A stretch of DNA of 64,000 nucleotides from Acytostelium subglobosum (lineage: Eukaryota), in contig NW_012236500.1 of assembly GCF_000787575.1 (NCBI RefSeq), positions 9,001-73,000 of the forward strand. The letters are read 5' to 3'. Within the stretch, counting starts at the first letter, position 1. Each line of letters starts with the position of its first letter. A program made the position numbers and the translations under genes. Of the stretch, positions 23,257 through 34,276 are shown in pieces. A model generated the notes under the pieces. The model saw only the letters and a program-made list of their open reading frames with translations, searched no databases and had not been told where the DNA came from.

Positions 23257-25317
23257 ATGGATACACTATCACCAATAATACTACAATCAATCATAAAGCT
23301 ACTGGACCCATCATCTTCAAGTTCTTCATCTTCATCAGGTTCATCAGCGATTAATGTGCTCGCATTCGCCTTGACTTGCAAGTCAAACTACAAACATCTC
23401 TATAAATGTTCAACAAGATGGTTGACCTTTGTCAATGCCAAGGAGGGCATGACCAACCACAACCTGCCGTCTCCACCATCATCATCATCATCATTTCAAA
23501 CAACATGGATATATGATGTTGATGAAAGATCAAGGAACATTGTGCCTGGCACTCTACCATCAACACTGACACGTCTAGAGATGGGCGATTCCTTCAGCGC
23601 AGAGATCAACGCCAATACATTCCCAAAGTCACTGCTCGAACTCAGTCTTGGATTCATATTTGATAGACATATCGCCCCGGGTACACTACCGAGCTCCATC
23701 ACAGTGTTGAGGTTTGGCGCACACTTTAGCCAACAACTTGAGGCCGGCTCACTTCCACCTTGCCTCGTAAAGCTCATACTCGGTCATGAGTACAGACACG
23801 GGATCAAGCGTGGATTGCTACCAAAGACACTGCAATACCTTGACCTGGGTCAGGACTTTCAGGTGCCGCATAGCAATCCCAATCTAACACGTGACATGTT
23901 CTCGTTCAACAGGGTCAAGAGAGAGATTGAAGATGGTGCGTTGCCAGAGGGACTTACATACCTTGGCCTAGACGACAACTGGGCCATCCCAACAGTGCTA
24001 CCCTCATCAATCAAGTTAATGCGAGTTGGATCGGTGCGATATGATCATGAATGGTATGATCGCACACTCCCAGGCACCTTTGAGGGCATGGAATGGAACT
24101 ACAACAGCGCAGCAACAAGGAATCTTGTCAAAGGCGTGGCTTATCTTCCTCTCACCTGTCTACACATGTCTAGCATTGATCACCAGATCAAGCCAGGAAT
24201 GCTTCCCGACACACTCAAAGTGTTGTCGCTCGGATATCAATTCGATAAAGCACTTGTGGCTGGCGCGCTTCCATCGTCCCTCACATCATTTGATATGGGA
24301 TGTGTGTTTGAGCATCCTATCAGACCAGGTGATCTGCCCGCATCACTACGTCGTCTTGTGATGTCCGATTTGTTTAACATGAAGATGCTGCCAGGCTCAC
24401 TCCCACCATCGCTCACCGAGCTCATCTTGGGACGTTGTTTCGACTGCAAGTTGGACGTTGGCGTGTTGCCACCATCCTTAACAAAGCTGATCTTTGGCAA
24501 CAACTATGATATGTCCATTGGCGTTGGCGTACTACCTCAATCGCTGGCGGTTATCAAGTTTGGTTCATCATTCTCTCAACCAATGGCGAGTGAGGCATGG
24601 CCTCAATCCCTTTGGAAACTAAACATTAACAAACTGTTCTTTGCTGGTCAGGACAACAATGTGAGTGCCAATGCCACGCCTCCACCACCTGGCCTTCAAT
24701 CACTGGACATGTATCATCAACTTGATCACATACAATATCTTGCATTGTGCACATCGGTCCACACTTTGAAGGTCCACTCCAGGATGAAACCACAACCTAT
24801 GGACAATGGTGATGATCACGTGGACTCTAAGCTCGAACGAATGATTATCCCAACAAATGTCAAGACCATCAAGTTGGACATAAGTTCACAAGAGGCAAAG
24901 ACATATCTTAGTATGATGTTGTCGGACAATCCACATGTTACAGCCTTCCGAATGAAGATGTATGAACAAACATTCGATGTTCGCATACTGGATGATAATA
25001 GACAGTTGGCAGTATGTGTATGCATTGTCAATGGACTGTGCAATGGACATGCCAACAAGATGACATTCTTCCGTCTCGATCACCTCCTGAAGACAGGTCC
25101 AGACACTACATTCAAAGCACTCTATCCACATCTCCATGAACAAGATTATGATGGAGACTATGATGATGATGATGACATTGATGAAGACAATGACATGGTT
25201 GACGATGATTATAACAATGATGACGATGACTATTATGTTGATGAGGAAGATGAAATAATAGAGGAATCAGAAGAAGACGATGAGTTTGAAGAAGAGGATG
25301 ATCAAGATGAGGAATAA
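23257..25317 (+). CDS. F-box-like/FNIP-repeat protein with a long acidic C-terminal tail
   Basis: MDTLSPIILQSIIKLLD..AFALTCKSNYKHLYKCSTRW, then FNIP repeats, then RQLAVCVCIVNGLCNGHANKMTFFRLDHLL..FKALYPHL and a D/E-rich tail. Intact 686-codon ORF. Confidence 0.8.
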   Translation: MDTLSPIILQSIIKLLDPSSSSSSSSSGSSAINVLAFALTCKSNYKHLYKCSTRWLTFVNAKEGMTNHNLPSPPSSSSSFQTTWIYDVDERSRNIVPGTLPSTLTRLEMGDSFSAEINANTFPKSLLELSLGFIFDRHIAPGTLPSSITVLRFGAHFSQQLEAGSLPPCLVKLILGHEYRHGIKRGLLPKTLQYLDLGQDFQVPHSNPNLTRDMFSFNRVKREIEDGALPEGLTYLGLDDNWAIPTVLPSSIKLMRVGSVRYDHEWYDRTLPGTFEGMEWNYNSAATRNLVKGVAYLPLTCLHMSSIDHQIKPGMLPDTLKVLSLGYQFDKALVAGALPSSLTSFDMGCVFEHPIRPGDLPASLRRLVMSDLFNMKMLPGSLPPSLTELILGRCFDCKLDVGVLPPSLTKLIFGNNYDMSIGVGVLPQSLAVIKFGSSFSQPMASEAWPQSLWKLNINKLFFAGQDNNVSANATPPPPGLQSLDMYHQLDHIQYLALCTSVHTLKVHSRMKPQPMDNGDDHVDSKLERMIIPTNVKTIKLDISSQEAKTYLSMMLSDNPHVTAFRMKMYEQTFDVRILDDNRQLAVCVCIVNGLCNGHANKMTFFRLDHLLKTGPDTTFKALYPHLHEQDYDGDYDDDDDIDEDNDMVDDDYNNDDDDYYVDEEDEIIEESEEDDEFEEEDDQDEE

Positions 25318-26060
25318 ACAATCCATAATCAATCAAAGGTAGAAATGATTGTCCAACAAGTTGACCTCCCGGATGGACCCAAGGACCCAAGGACCCGCAC
25401 ATTGTACTGGTGGACAAGGATATATTGGGAAATTTGAACAAATTAGGTAGTTGTTGTGCTGTTGTCCAACTATCTTGAGGCTGTCAGTCCATTCAATCAA
25501 CTTATCAACAATATAATGAAGCTGTATCTATATCTAATTCTCTATCTCATGGTATTAGGTAGATCCTCCACACTATGTCCATGTGAACACACCAACTGTC
25601 CAGACAGGATGAGTCATCCATACCGCGATCACACGGGTCGAGCCAAGCACTACAGGAATAAACACAAGAAAGTTAGATGTACATCATATTGCTTGGTGTG
25701 CGCCACATCAAATCCAACTGAGGAGCAGAAACGGCAACAACAAATACAACATGAACAACTCCAACTTGAACAACATCAACAACATTGCCTGAAGGATACG
25801 ATGTAGACATGAACAATGTGATTCGAATCTACCATGGTTCGAAAGGACCAACTTGACCAAGCACGAGTTCAAAAGAAGTCTCCACAAACATTGCTCATCC
25901 TCTTGTCTCAAGGGCCTCACTATTCGATGATGTATTTGTATCTGTATTTGTATCTGTATCTTTGAATTTCAACATTGTAAAGTCAGTGAACTAAATGTTT
26001 GCCACATTCTTGTGTTCATTCATTCATTGCAAATGTTAGAGATAGATACATAAAGGGATT

Positions 26061-27973
26061 ATGATGGATACATTATCACCTCTAGTAGTACAAACAATCA
26101 TTAATCAATTGGAATCGGCAATTGATGTACTCTCATTCTCATTGACATGTAAAGTTCACTTTCAACATCTTTACAGAAGTTGGAGATGGACTACATATAT
26201 CAATACAACATCGCAATCGCCATCATCATCATCATTAAATTGTACATGGATATACAATATAGATAATGAACAGACAAGAGATAATCTATTTAGCAAGATA
26301 CCAAAGACACTCAAACGACTTGAGATACGCTTTGCATTCAAAGGTTTGTCGTCTCTCAACATTGTCAACATGCTTGCTTGGTCATCATTGCTCGAACTCA
26401 ATCTCGGTGATGAGTTTGATGGACCTATCCTGGCCAACTCACTGCCCAACTCATTGACCGTTCTGAAGCTTGGCTACAAGTTCAATCAACCCCTTGTTGT
26501 TGGGTCTCTGCCACCATGTCTCGAGAAGCTTATCATTGGCTCAGAGTTCAAACAAACGATCAAGATAGGTGTTCTGCCCGATACACTCCAATTCCTTAAC
26601 CTAGGTTATGATAACAAGTACCCACAATACCCTTCCAATGTGTGCCCTTCAATCGAAGACGGAGCACTACCTAATGGTCTCAAGTACGTGGCTCTTGGAG
26701 AGTTTTGGTCCTTCCCATTAGATCTCCCCTCTTCAATCACTTGTCTGAATGTTGGAAGGCTCCTCTCAATCGATCCTAGCTCTGGACAAGGCTTGACATG
26801 GTGCATTGAAAATGAATATGAAGCCAGGCTTGTCAATGGCGCGGCACATCTCCCTCTCACAGGCTTATTCATAAACCCCAATACTAATGGTGGCGACCTG
26901 ATCTCACCAGGAAGGTTGCCAAACACACTCAAATCCTTATCGCTCGGCCACCTAAACCATAACAAGCTTGTGGTTGGCTTGCTTCCGCCGTCCTTGACAA
27001 TGCTGGACATGGGATTCAATATCGACTGTCCAAAAACACCTGGACTTTTGCCCAATGGTCTCCTTCGTCTTCACCTCTCCAGAGAGTTTGATCGAAAATT
27101 GAAGCCAGGATGTCTGCCCCATTCAATCGTACATCTCTCCTTTGGACAGTATTATGATCAGAAGATTGAACGAGGTGTGTTGCCTCCTTCACTTACGATA
27201 TTAATACTAAGCGATTTTTTGATCATCGTCTCGATCCTGGCCTTCTTCCTTCAACGCTGACCCTCCTCGAGTTTGGAAGATTCTTTGCGCAACCGATCAC
27301 ACAGGACATTTGGCCAACATCACTTCTTAATCTTGCAATTGGTCAAGACATGTTTCATCGACATGTAGACATTGCCAAACCTCCACCAAATCTGAAGTAC
27401 CTTGATATTCACAACATGATCGATCACGCAAGATTTCTGGCAATGTGTACATCGATCGATACCCTCAAGGTCAACATCAATATTAGTCCACTGGAGGATG
27501 GACCCAAGGTTGAGGGTGGCGGAGGGATCATCAGCAGACTAGGTCCTTTGATCATTCCACAAAACGTCAAGATACTGGTACTCAAAATCAATGCATCTCT
27601 TCAAACAATCAAAGGATATATTTGGAAGGTTCTATCAGACAATCCACATATTATTAACTTCCATGTGGCAACGAACTCAAACGAATTCGATGTGCGATGT
27701 CTGGATGAACGACGAGAGTTGGCCATATGTGTGTGCAAGATTGAGGATACATGTGATGACACTACCAGCAAGATGACATTCTTCCGTCTCGATCACTTCC
27801 TCAACTCTGACATCAACACCACCTTCAAGACATTCGATCCATTCTTTGATGACTCTAAACTATATGAACCAGATGAATATGATGACTATGAAGATGATGA
27901 TGATGATGATTATGATGAAGGTGATGATGAAGATGTCGTGTTCAACCAAACTTTGATCAATCACCAACAGTAA
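26061..27973 (+). pseudogene. FNIP-repeat paralog interrupted by one frameshift in a T6 run at 27215-27220. It is either a young pseudogene or a homopolymer sequencing error.
   Basis: The ORF runs 26061..27260, then the same repeat continues in the +1 frame (27350..27973). Inserting one T in gattttttgat gives an uninterrupted FNIP unit SLTILILSDFFDHRLDPGLLPSTLTLLEFG. N- and C-terminal family blocks are both present. Confidence 0.6.
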
Positions 27974-28080
27974 TCTTTCTCAGCAAAGTGAGTTTGCAAA
28001 ATTATTCACATATTCATTCCATACTTTGTAATCATTCAATCATTCATTCATTCAATCAATAAATCAATTTATATAGAGAT

Positions 28081-30013
28081 AAGAGATAGAGATAATGGAT
28101 ACACTATCACCACTAATATTACAATCAATCATTAATCAATTGGATAAGGCAATTGATGTACTCTCATTTTCTTTGACTTGTAAAGTTCACTTCAAACATT
28201 TATACAGAAGTTGGAGATGACTACATTTATCAGAGTCAACAACAAGATATCACAATTACAATCACAACTATTACTATCTCCACCATCATCATCATCACAA
28301 TGCACATAGATTTATAATATTTATAATTCACAAACAAGAGAGTACATACTCAAGACCATCCCACCTACACTCAGACGACTTGAGATACATAGTTCATTCA
28401 ATTCATCACACTTCGTCAACATTCTGGGATCATCTTTGATCGAACTCAATCTCGGGGATATGTTTTATGAGCCAATCCCGCCAGGTGCACTACCTCATTC
28501 CATCACTGTGTTGAGACTCGGCAACAACTTCAATCAACCATTTGCTGCTGACCAGCTGCCTCCTTACTTGGAGAAGTTTATCATTTCTTCTCACTACACA
28601 CATCCGATGAAGAGAGGCGTTCTACCCGAGACTCTCCAATTCCTTGACATTGGTTATTATGACAGATATTTCACATCAAAACAATACACTTCAATTGAGG
28701 ATGGAGCATTGCCTCAAGGTCTCAAGTACTTGGGTATTGAAGAGATGTCAACTGTCCCAGCACAGCTACCCTCATCAATCAACCGACTGATTATTGGAAA
28801 GGATGCTCATCAAGGTTTGACAGAGTGGACAGTATCACATGGTTTGACATGGAACGCTAATAAGGTACTTGACTTTAATCTGATGAAAGGTGTAGAACAT
28901 CTCCCTCTTACAAGTTTATTCCTAAATAACGATAACGTTGGCGAGGAGTTGGTGTCGAAGGGAAATCTCCCAAACACACTCAAAGTCCTCTCGATCAACT
29001 ATGTAAGCATTCGCAATATCGAGGTTGGATCACTTCCCTCTTCCCTCACCAAGCTCGACATGGGATTCCATCCCGATTGTCGACTCAAACCTGGGCTTCT
29101 TCCAAATGGTCTCCTTCATCTTCACCTCTCCAAAGATTTTGATCACGAGTTGGAGCCTGGATGTCTGCCCTCATCAATCACAAATCTCTCCTTTGGAAAG
29201 AATTTTAATCATATAATTGAACATGGAGTGCTACCACCTTCAATCACAAAGCTGGAGTTTGGTGATAATTTTAATCAACCTCTCATTGTTGGAGTCCTCC
29301 CCTCAACAATAACATCACTCAAGTTTGGAAGACTTTTCATACAACCCGTCACACAGGACCTCTGGCCCCCATCACTTCTTAATCTTATCATTGGGTTCAA
29401 CATGTTTTACTTTCATTTGGACAAAATTCCCAAACCTCCACCAACTCTAAGGTACCTTGATATGCACAACACGTTTGATCAATGCAGATTTATGACAAGT
29501 TGTACTTCGATCAATGTACTAAGGATGAACATCAAGATTAATCCCAAAGTAGAGGAAGATATTATTGGCAGTCTAGGCGTATTGATCGTTCCGCACAATG
29601 TCCGTGAGCTTATATTCAATATCAACTCGTCACTGGAGTTTACAAAAGCATATATTTGGAAAGTTCTATCTGACAATTCTAAGATAACAAGCTTCCAAAT
29701 CGAAACTTTATCAAGACGATTTGAAGTGCGTAGTTTGGATCAGTCGAGAGAGTTGGCCGTATGTGTGTGCCAGATTCAAGATACCTGTGATGACACCACC
29801 AGCAAGATTAGATTCTTCCGTCTCAACCTTTTCCTCAACTCCCACTCCGCGACTTCCAAAAATTCGATCCATACTTCCCAGACCGCCCACTTTATGAACC
29901 AGATGAATATGATGATGTATCAGATGTATCTGATGATCCATATGGATCATTTGGATCATATGGATCATTTGGATCGGACTATGGTTATTCTTATTGACCT
30001 TAAATATCTTTAA
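28081..30013 (+). pseudogene. Decayed FNIP-repeat paralog with at least 3 lesions relative to the neighbouring copy
   Basis: The N-terminus MDTLSPLILQSIINQLDKAIDVLSFSLTCKVHFKHLYRSWR ends at TGA because one G is missing (gatgactac versus gatggactac in the 26061 copy). An in-frame TGG>TAG follows (ACATGG->ACATAG). A 525-codon FNIP ORF (28436..30013) survives. A further 3' frameshift replaces the family tail with HSATSKNSIH.., while the +1 frame still encodes FQKFDPYFPD..YEPDEYDD. Confidence 0.65.
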
Positions 30014-30344
30014 AATTATTCTTTGGTACGATTAAATATTTGATTAGTATGATTCATAATATAATTGAATTAATATTATTTAATTGCCTTCTTTTGTTCA
30101 ATTCAATTTACTTACTTTCTCGAGAACCCTACCCTTGCCCTCGCCCTTGTTTATAATGCATAAACAGAAGTTCGTTTTGTTAAACAGTTTTGCAATATTT
30201 GTATTTTTATTTATTTTTTCAAAGACGACTACCATCCACCTCGCACACACTCACGCTCGATGCAGGATACACTCATATCAACTCGCACTTAGTACTTCTT
30301 TCTTCTTCACCATCTGCATTATCCCAACGTCATCCAAAGTCGAA

Positions 30345-31432
30345 ATGGTACGTACCATCTACCATCATCAATCCAATCGATCCAATCCTACCTATCCAGG
30401 TCATTCATTCAGGCGTCGACATCTAGCATCTAGCAGAGGAGGATTGGATTGGATTGGGATGAAGCTCTCGATGAATCAACAAACATGTAGAGTTAGACTA
30501 ACTCATCAATCAACATACAGCCTATCCACGAATTCCAGGTTGTTGGCCGTCACGTTCCAACTGAGAGAGAGGCTCACCCAAAGCTCTTCAGAATGAGACT
30601 CTTTGCTAAGACCTCTGTCCACGCCAAGAGCAGATTCTGGTACTTCTTGTCAAAGATCCAAAAGATGAAGAAGGCCACCGGTGAGATCCTCAACGTCACT
30701 GAGGTATGAATCACGACAACAACAGAACACAGCATCACATATATCGTCAACAACACAACCAACTAACTCATCACATTCAATCACTTAGATCTTCGAGGAG
30801 AAGCCACAACAGATCAAGAACTTTGGTATCTTCATTAGATACAACTCCAGATCTGGCACTCACAACATCTACAAGGAGTACCGTGACGTCACCCGTGTCG
30901 GTGCTGTTGCTCAAATGTGTATGTGTCAATCTGTCCATGTACACCTCTCGATCGAACAGTCATCAAGTTAGTTAGTCATTCAGTCAGTCTCGAGCGAACT
31001 ATGATCATACTCGCGATACAGGATGATTTGATTCATGCGAACTATGCAGGTTGACGCGACAGGTGACCTTAATGATATCACTCATTGATTGATTGATCGA
31101 TCTACATATGACGAGGGAGGCGACGAATAGGACGAAGACAATGAATGACTATGACTATGACTAGGAGGCGAGACAACTAAACTCAACGAACGATCATTGA
31201 CTAATCATTCATTCAATATAATATAGACGACGAGATGGCCTCCCGTCACTCTGCCAGAGAGAAGACCATCCACATCATTGAGATCAAGGAGGTCGCCGCT
31301 GCCCAGACTCGCCGTACCAACACCAAGCAATTCCACGACTCGAAGATCAGATTCCCACTCACTCACCGTGTTCCAAAGAGATTGCCCCAGTTCAAGGCTA
31401 CCTTCAAGGCCACCAGACCCAAGACCTTCTAA
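30345..31432 (+). CDS. rpl18a: 60S ribosomal protein eL20 (L18a). Four exons: 30345..30347 (ATG only), 30521..30703, 30787..30916 and 31227..31432.
   Basis: ATG|GTACGT places the intron immediately after the start codon. Exon 2 reads [51 protein letters not shown]. Exon 3 reads ..[30 protein letters not shown].. and exon 4 reads [40 protein letters not shown]. Together they are collinear with human RPL18A. Confidence 0.9.
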
Positions 31433-32074
31433 GAGAATCCCCTCCTCCTTCATTCCTTTCCATGGCATCATTCATCTCACTGCGTACTACACACCAAAAG
31501 TGAGTGAGACGATTGATAAAGGCTCCTCTTTCAATGACTTAACGGATAACAATAAACCCAAATTAAAACAAATCTTCGTCTCTGTCTGTGTGTTTGTCTG
31601 TTGGGTATGTTGATCATCTTATCATTCATTATGAATGAAAGTGTCAATCAATTAACACATAAACACATGCACAACCATAGCCCAAGATGGTCGGAAGTTT
31701 GAAAAGTGATCACTTCGGCTCTACCTCTTGTGCAAAGATCCAAGCAAAGTGTCGTCTTCTCAAAACACTCTTTAACAACCCGACCCCGACTCACATGTCT
31801 AAAGAGAGAGACAACTGTTGGTTTCGTGTTGAGTCACAACACTTGCCAACCAACCCCACACCCTTCCATCTCGCTTACTCTCGTGTACTCTGTCACACTT
31901 ATAACTTAATATCTTTGTTTCATTCTTTCTCACTCATCCACTCATCCACTCAACTAGTACAGTACTGCTACACTACTAAGTTACTTACTTACTTACTTAA
32001 CAAACAAAAGAAAGAAAGAAAGAAAGAGATATTGTTCATGTATCTGTAACAAATAATATTTAGTTTGATGAACG

Positions 32075-33717
32075 ATGATGACGACTGTAATAATAACAAA
32101 AGGAACATCACCACGATGGTGTAATTATAACATAACAACAGTACCACTACTATTACTATTATCACTATTACTATTATTACTAAATAATGTGGACGCGACT
32201 ACTACCAATACACCAGACAATCCATACACTATATATCAACATTTGTCTACAAAGACACCTTATTGGATACCTCCAGTAGGTGTTAATGGTACAACTGATA
32301 CACCACAGCCACCTCCAGGTTGCCAACTAGGCCGAATTGATCTGTTGGCACGTCATGGTAGTCGTAACCCTGTGGCCTCCAACATTGCCTCGTTGGAAAC
32401 ACTGTCAACTACACTCCAACCATACGCTGCCAACATCACCGAGCAGTACCAATGGATCCTGAACTGGACTGTGCCCTACCCCGTCGACGAGGCGGGTCTG
32501 CTCATCCTGCAGGGCCAGTACGAGCACTACAACATCTCCAAGCGCTTCCTGCAGCGCCAGCCCGGCTACTTCCAGCCCTACCAGCCATTCATCTACGACC
32601 TGTCGGCCACGTGCGTCAGTCGCACTGGCATCAGTGGCGGCTCGTTCATGTATGGCCTGTTTGAGAACGTCGGCCAGCTCGGCCCACAGCGCTTCCAGCC
32701 AGTGTTCATCGACATCCAGTCCTGTGACCAGGACAATCTGCTGCGCTTCTTTGACACTTGCCAGAGCTACAACACACTCATAGACTTGGGAGACATCAAC
32801 GACAATGAGGTGGCCAAGTACAACAACTTGACGTTTGGCACCGTGTCCAACAATATTGCCACCAAGCTCGGACTCCAGAACATCATGGATCCGACCAACA
32901 AACTGGTCAGCAATATGTACCAGGCATGCTCCTACGACCTGTCCATCTTTAACATTACCGATCGCTGGTGCAGTCTGTTCAGCGAGGAGGACATCCTCAC
33001 GCTCGAGTACTCCCAGGATCTGTCCAACTACTGGATGAAGAGCTATGGCTACCTCAACAACTACATCATCGCTTCGTCCCTGTTCCAGGACATGATCTCT
33101 GGTCTCGACCAGTACATTGCCAACCCAACTGCCAACAATGCCACCAATGCCATGAGGTTCGCTCATGCCGAGACCGTCATACCATTCGTGACCCTGTTGG
33201 GCCTGTACCAAGACCCCTTCAAGCTTACTGCCAATCTCACCGCCCAACAGATTAGCAACCGACTTTGGAGAAGCAGTATCATCTCACCCTATGCCGCCAA
33301 CATCGCATTCTACCTCTTCAACTGTGGTGATGACCAATACAAGATAAGAGTTGATCACAATGAAGTGGTATGATATGTGAACTCGCCAAGTCCAAGTCCT
33401 TGTCCACTCCTAACATCAATCAAACAATCATATAATAGGGCGTTCTTATTCCTGGCTGTGATGATCTGTACTGTAACTACACTCTGTTCAAGTCGTTGTT
33501 CCCTGAGGCAATGGCATTCAATTGGACGACGTATTGCTCGCCAAGTTCAAACAACAATGGCAATTCATGTAACAAATCAGAGGATGCTTATAAGATCTAC
33601 CTTGGTACATTCATACCAGTAGCATTCGTCGTTGGTACTCTTGCCGGTGCCCTCACCATCATCTTCTTTAAGAAGAATGATCAAACCAAGATACCCTACA
33701 GACAAGTTCATTCATAA
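32075..33717 (+). CDS. Secreted or membrane-anchored histidine acid phosphatase (MINPP-like). Exon 1 is 32075..33368, the intron is 33369..33438, and exon 2 is 33439..33717.
   Basis: N-terminal hydrophobic leader (VPLLLLLSLLLLLLNNVDA). Catalytic motif LLARHGSRNP (RHGxRxP) and a second motif HAETVIPF. The donor GTG|GTATGA leads to exon 2, which encodes a Cys-rich end plus a predicted TM helix (IYLGTFIPVAFVVGTLAGALTIIFF) and a KK tail. Confidence 0.8.
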
Positions 33718-34276
33718 ATTTAGTTATCTATTGCAACCAATCAATCAATCACTCAATACCCACTCTGATCACTTTCCAACACACTCATTCCCCGATTCGA
33801 TGACAACATTATTGATCAAACAACACATCGAACTCACACACAGACAAACAAACACACTTACACCCAAGTTCTTTGAACAATGGTCTGTGATCAACGCGAC
33901 AAAAACAAAACATCGGGGGGTGAGCCTACACGATTTTGATCAAAAAATAGTTGGGCGATAATTCATCTGAGTCTGGTATTTTTAACGTCAATCGCTTCAA
34001 AGTTGTTGATTGCAGATAGGTCTGAGAAGGGCAGACATACACAGAGGGACCACGAAGATTGTCAGATTTATGTGTGTTGTTTCAGAAAGAAACACACAAT
34101 TTAATCATTCATTCACTCACTTGTCAAGTCGTTGACGCCTGCGTCATCATCATCATCATCATTCACATTCATTCCTATCTGATGGGCACTTAGCAAATCA
34201 TTCGCATCATCTCCATCATATATTATCTATCAATCAAACAAACAAATATTATATCTTTTATATTTATAATTCAATC

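Noticed and set aside
25456-25806. A 116-aa ORF with Cys/His clusters (CPCEHTNCPD..CTSYCLVC) in the spacer between FNIP genes.
   Set aside because: There is no splice or start context, it has poor coding composition, and it lies in a microsatellite-rich spacer. A stray zinc-binding micro-protein cannot be excluded, but I cannot support it.
31278-32049. Track ORFs downstream of the eL20 stop (31278..31613 and 31687..32049).
   Set aside because: They sit in the 3' UTR/intergenic region, overlap the true eL20 exon 4 in other frames, and encode low-complexity peptides.
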